Below are positions 14,975 to 17,110 of a stretch of 17,110 nucleotides of DNA, one piece after another; the stretch's first letter is position 1, and the number at the start of each line of letters is the position of its first letter. The stretch comes from Candidatus Aenigmatarchaeota archaeon (lineage in GTDB: Archaea > Aenigmatarchaeota > Aenigmatarchaeia > GW2011-AR5 > JAGGXF01): the NCBI GenBank assembly GCA_029932645.1, contig JAOZPR010000002.1, positions 1 through 17,110 of the forward strand. Reading direction: 5' to 3'. Below the pieces are notes generated by a model. The model had not been told where the DNA came from and did no database searches. It saw nothing but the letters and a program-made list of their open reading frames with translations. Position numbers and translations under genes: made by a program.

Positions 14975-16816
14975 TTATTTTCTCATCTCTTTTTCAAGTA
15001 GTTTCATAACCTTCTTTCCGTCAGCACGACCACTGACTCTGCTCATAACAATACCCATAATCTCTTTCTTGGGTTTGCCCTGATTCGCTTTAACTATTTC
15101 AGAGATTATTTTTTTAAGCTCTTTATCTGGTAACATCTCAAACCTTTTTACCGCATTTCGGATTTCACCACGTTTGGCGTGCTCAATTATCTGAGGTATT
15201 GCATCCTTTGATACCTTTTCATCAGCAACAAGCCTAAACAGCTCTTTATAATCATCTTTGCTCATTTCGATGATGATACCTTTTCTTTTCAGGTCCTTGA
15301 CAATAGAAGTCAAGGTTGTTGCGACTAGTTTTGGGTCTGTTTTTATCTCGCTTATGATTTCTTCAAACAGGTCGTAATTTCGTGAACGTATTATCTGCCG
15401 CGCAAGTTCAGCAGGCATAACCTTGCTTAGTTCTTTCTCGCGCTCTACTAGTGTTTTTGGCAGCGCGCTTTTAACATCGCCAAGAAAATCTTTTGTGATT
15501 TTTATAGGAGGTATGTCTGTTTCTGGATACAACCTGGCAGCACCAGGCATTGGCCGCAGGAATCGTGTGTTTGTTCCCTCGGCAGCGCGAACTTCTCTGG
15601 GCACGCCATCTATGGTCTGTTCTGCCCGCTGAAGAACTCTGTCTAACGCCTTTTCCGCCACCGCTGGCCGAGCAACAACCAGAACAAATGCATCCTTTTC
15701 TCCGCAGTTAAGAGCCCTGGATAATATTTGTTTTTCTTCCTCTGTTATTCCGTAGGCAGGCAGCTCGTCAGAATGTATTATGCCGGACACGCCTGCTGTC
15801 TTAGCATGGTCAGCAAACTCAGAGCCAAGCCTTCTACCTGGTTGTATTTCCTTACCGATAAGTCCGCTAAAACTTGGTAGCCGAACACCTAACACTATAC
15901 CGTCGTTCATCGATTTTTTCAGCAGGTTTGATTTTGTATGTTCTAGCTTCGAAGAAAGCACAACAAAATCGCGCGGTATTTTCTTAACACCGCGTTTTTT
16001 TAACTCGTTGCTTATCTCAATGAGATTCCATTGCCGCAGAGCCTCATTTTCTATGAGCTTGGACATTGCTCTTAGGTTCTGCACATGTTTTATTTCAACG
16101 CGTTCACCGTTTTTTATTGAAACATTAACATCCTGCCTTATGCTTCCTATCCCACGCTTCACATGACATGAGCGTAGAATCATTCCTATCTTTTTTGCCA
16201 CACTCGCGGCCTGCTCAGGACTATTTATGCTGGCGTCTGTTGCTATTTCCACCTCTGGTATCCCAAGCCTGTCCAGCCTGAATGTTATGGATGACTCGTC
16301 TTCGCTTATGCGCCTGCCAGCATCCTCTTCCAAGTTAATGAACGGTATCTTGACAGAATCAATGCTGCCACCTTTTGCTATGAGCGCTGTGCGCTGAAAA
16401 CCAGATGTGTTAGAACCGTCTATTACTGTTTTTCGCATGACCTGTATTTCGTCCACCGGTTTTGCGCCAAACAACATCGCGATTTGCATGGCTATTCTCA
16501 ACGCTTCCATATTCATAGGATGTGGTGGCTCTTCATCCATCTCCACAAGGCAGGTGGAGTCAGAATACGCCTCATAAATAAATGTCTTTTTTCTTGCTTC
16601 CTCATATTCCGCAGCTTGGTCTTTTGTACCAGTTTCACCAACAACAGCGTGCAGTTTCCTTTTGATTATTATATCAGGCGCATCGCTGCGCAGTGACGAC
16701 GGACACTCGCAAAAAAGTTTATGCGTGTCCAGCTGCTGGTGTATTTCTATACCGACCTTCAGCCCAAGTTTTTTATAATTCATTGATACCATATTCCACG
16801 CCTTTAACCACACCAT
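14975..16816 (-). CDS. gatE: Glu-tRNA(Gln) amidotransferase subunit E
   Basis: YKKLGLKVGIEIHQQLDTHKLFC, CLVEMDEEPPH, MRKTVIDGSNTSGFQRT, LDRLGIPEVEIAT, RPMPGAARLYPETDIP. True start may be ATG 16783 (MNYKKLG). Confidence 0.97.
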   Translation of the reverse strand: MVWLKAWNMVSMNYKKLGLKVGIEIHQQLDTHKLFCECPSSLRSDAPDIIIKRKLHAVVGETGTKDQAAEYEEARKKTFIYEAYSDSTCLVEMDEEPPHPMNMEALRIAMQIAMLFGAKPVDEIQVMRKTVIDGSNTSGFQRTALIAKGGSIDSVKIPFINLEEDAGRRISEDESSITFRLDRLGIPEVEIATDASINSPEQAASVAKKIGMILRSCHVKRGIGSIRQDVNVSIKNGERVEIKHVQNLRAMSKLIENEALRQWNLIEISNELKKRGVKKIPRDFVVLSSKLEHTKSNLLKKSMNDGIVLGVRLPSFSGLIGKEIQPGRRLGSEFADHAKTAGVSGIIHSDELPAYGITEEEKQILSRALNCGEKDAFVLVVARPAVAEKALDRVLQRAEQTIDGVPREVRAAEGTNTRFLRPMPGAARLYPETDIPPIKITKDFLGDVKSALPKTLVEREKELSKVMPAELARQIIRSRNYDLFEEIISEIKTDPKLVATTLTSIVKDLKRKGIIIEMSKDDYKELFRLVADEKVSKDAIPQIIEHAKRGEIRNAVKRFEMLPDKELKKIISEIVKANQGKPKKEIMGIVMSRVSGRADGKKVMKLLEKEMRK

Positions 16817-17014
16817 CTATCTTTTCCACACAACCTGGCCCTTCTTCTTAATATATCTTATACGGTGGTATGGTATGTCGCTTTTCTCAAGGTCCGAGAG
16901 TTTAATGAATATTGTCTTTTTTTCAATCCTGTCCCAATAGCCTATGATATAATCTCCAGGATTCTCGTTTTTGTCCCATTTTATTTTGTTTATTATTTCA
17001 TGAACAGGTTTCAT
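16817..17014 (-). CDS. MJ1316/DUF504-family protein (predicted RNA end-recognition/repair domain)
   Basis: IINKIKWD ... YIIGYWDR ... DIPYHRIRYIKKKGQVVWKR matches the family pattern. Confidence 0.85.
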   Translation of the reverse strand: MKPVHEIINKIKWDKNENPGDYIIGYWDRIEKKTIFIKLSDLEKSDIPYHRIRYIKKKGQVVWKR

Positions 17015-17042
17015 AGCTCTTACACGCCGTGATATTTATCGG

Positions 17043-17068
17043 GTCATATTATCAAGTCATATTATCAA
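17043..17068. repeat. Perfect 13-bp tandem duplication spanning the upstream gene's stop codon
   Basis: GTCATATTATCAA x2 (17043-17055, 17056-17068). Confidence 0.85.
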
Positions 17069-17110
17069 TATAGGAATGCTCTCGCATCTATGGATGTTGT
17101 TATCTCGCCA
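17065..17110 (-). CDS. gatD: 3' end of a gene entering from the right, probably Glu-tRNA(Gln) amidotransferase subunit D (partial)
   Basis: Minus frame from 17109 reads GEITTSIDARAFLY-stop, resembling the GatD C-terminal (A/R)GEI...F/Y tail. gatD commonly precedes gatE. Only 14 codons are visible. Confidence 0.5.
   Translation of the reverse strand, partial: GEITTSIDARAFLY

Overview
Archaeal chromosomal segment, probably from a DPANN-type archaeon. Archaeal origin rests on aIF2-gamma, S6e, GatE, TATA/BRE promoters and GGTGA ribosome-binding sites; the DPANN call is inference. Left part: a type IV pilus/T2SS-like assembly ATPase with a Cys-rich N-terminal extension and a double-length TadC/PilC-like platform protein. 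Divergent from them lie two uncharacterised coiled-coil proteins and a multi-TM protein fused to an M50-like HExxH protease. Middle: a minus-strand translation cluster, rps10 - ndk - infB(aIF5B) - stand-alone LigD 3'-phosphoesterase - rps6e - aIF2-gamma. Right: a tRNA methylthiotransferase, a DUF2178/XRE cassette with three phased operators, a small membrane protein, gatE, an MJ1316/DUF504 protein and what looks like the 3' end of gatD. No tRNA, rRNA, CRISPR array or transposase was seen. Most notable: (i) two nucleic-acid end-processing domains placed inside conserved translation operons; (ii) the pilus-like locus with candidate scaffold proteins; (iii) repeated 9-21 bp tandem duplications at gene ends. 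All family assignments come from motif recognition, not database searches.
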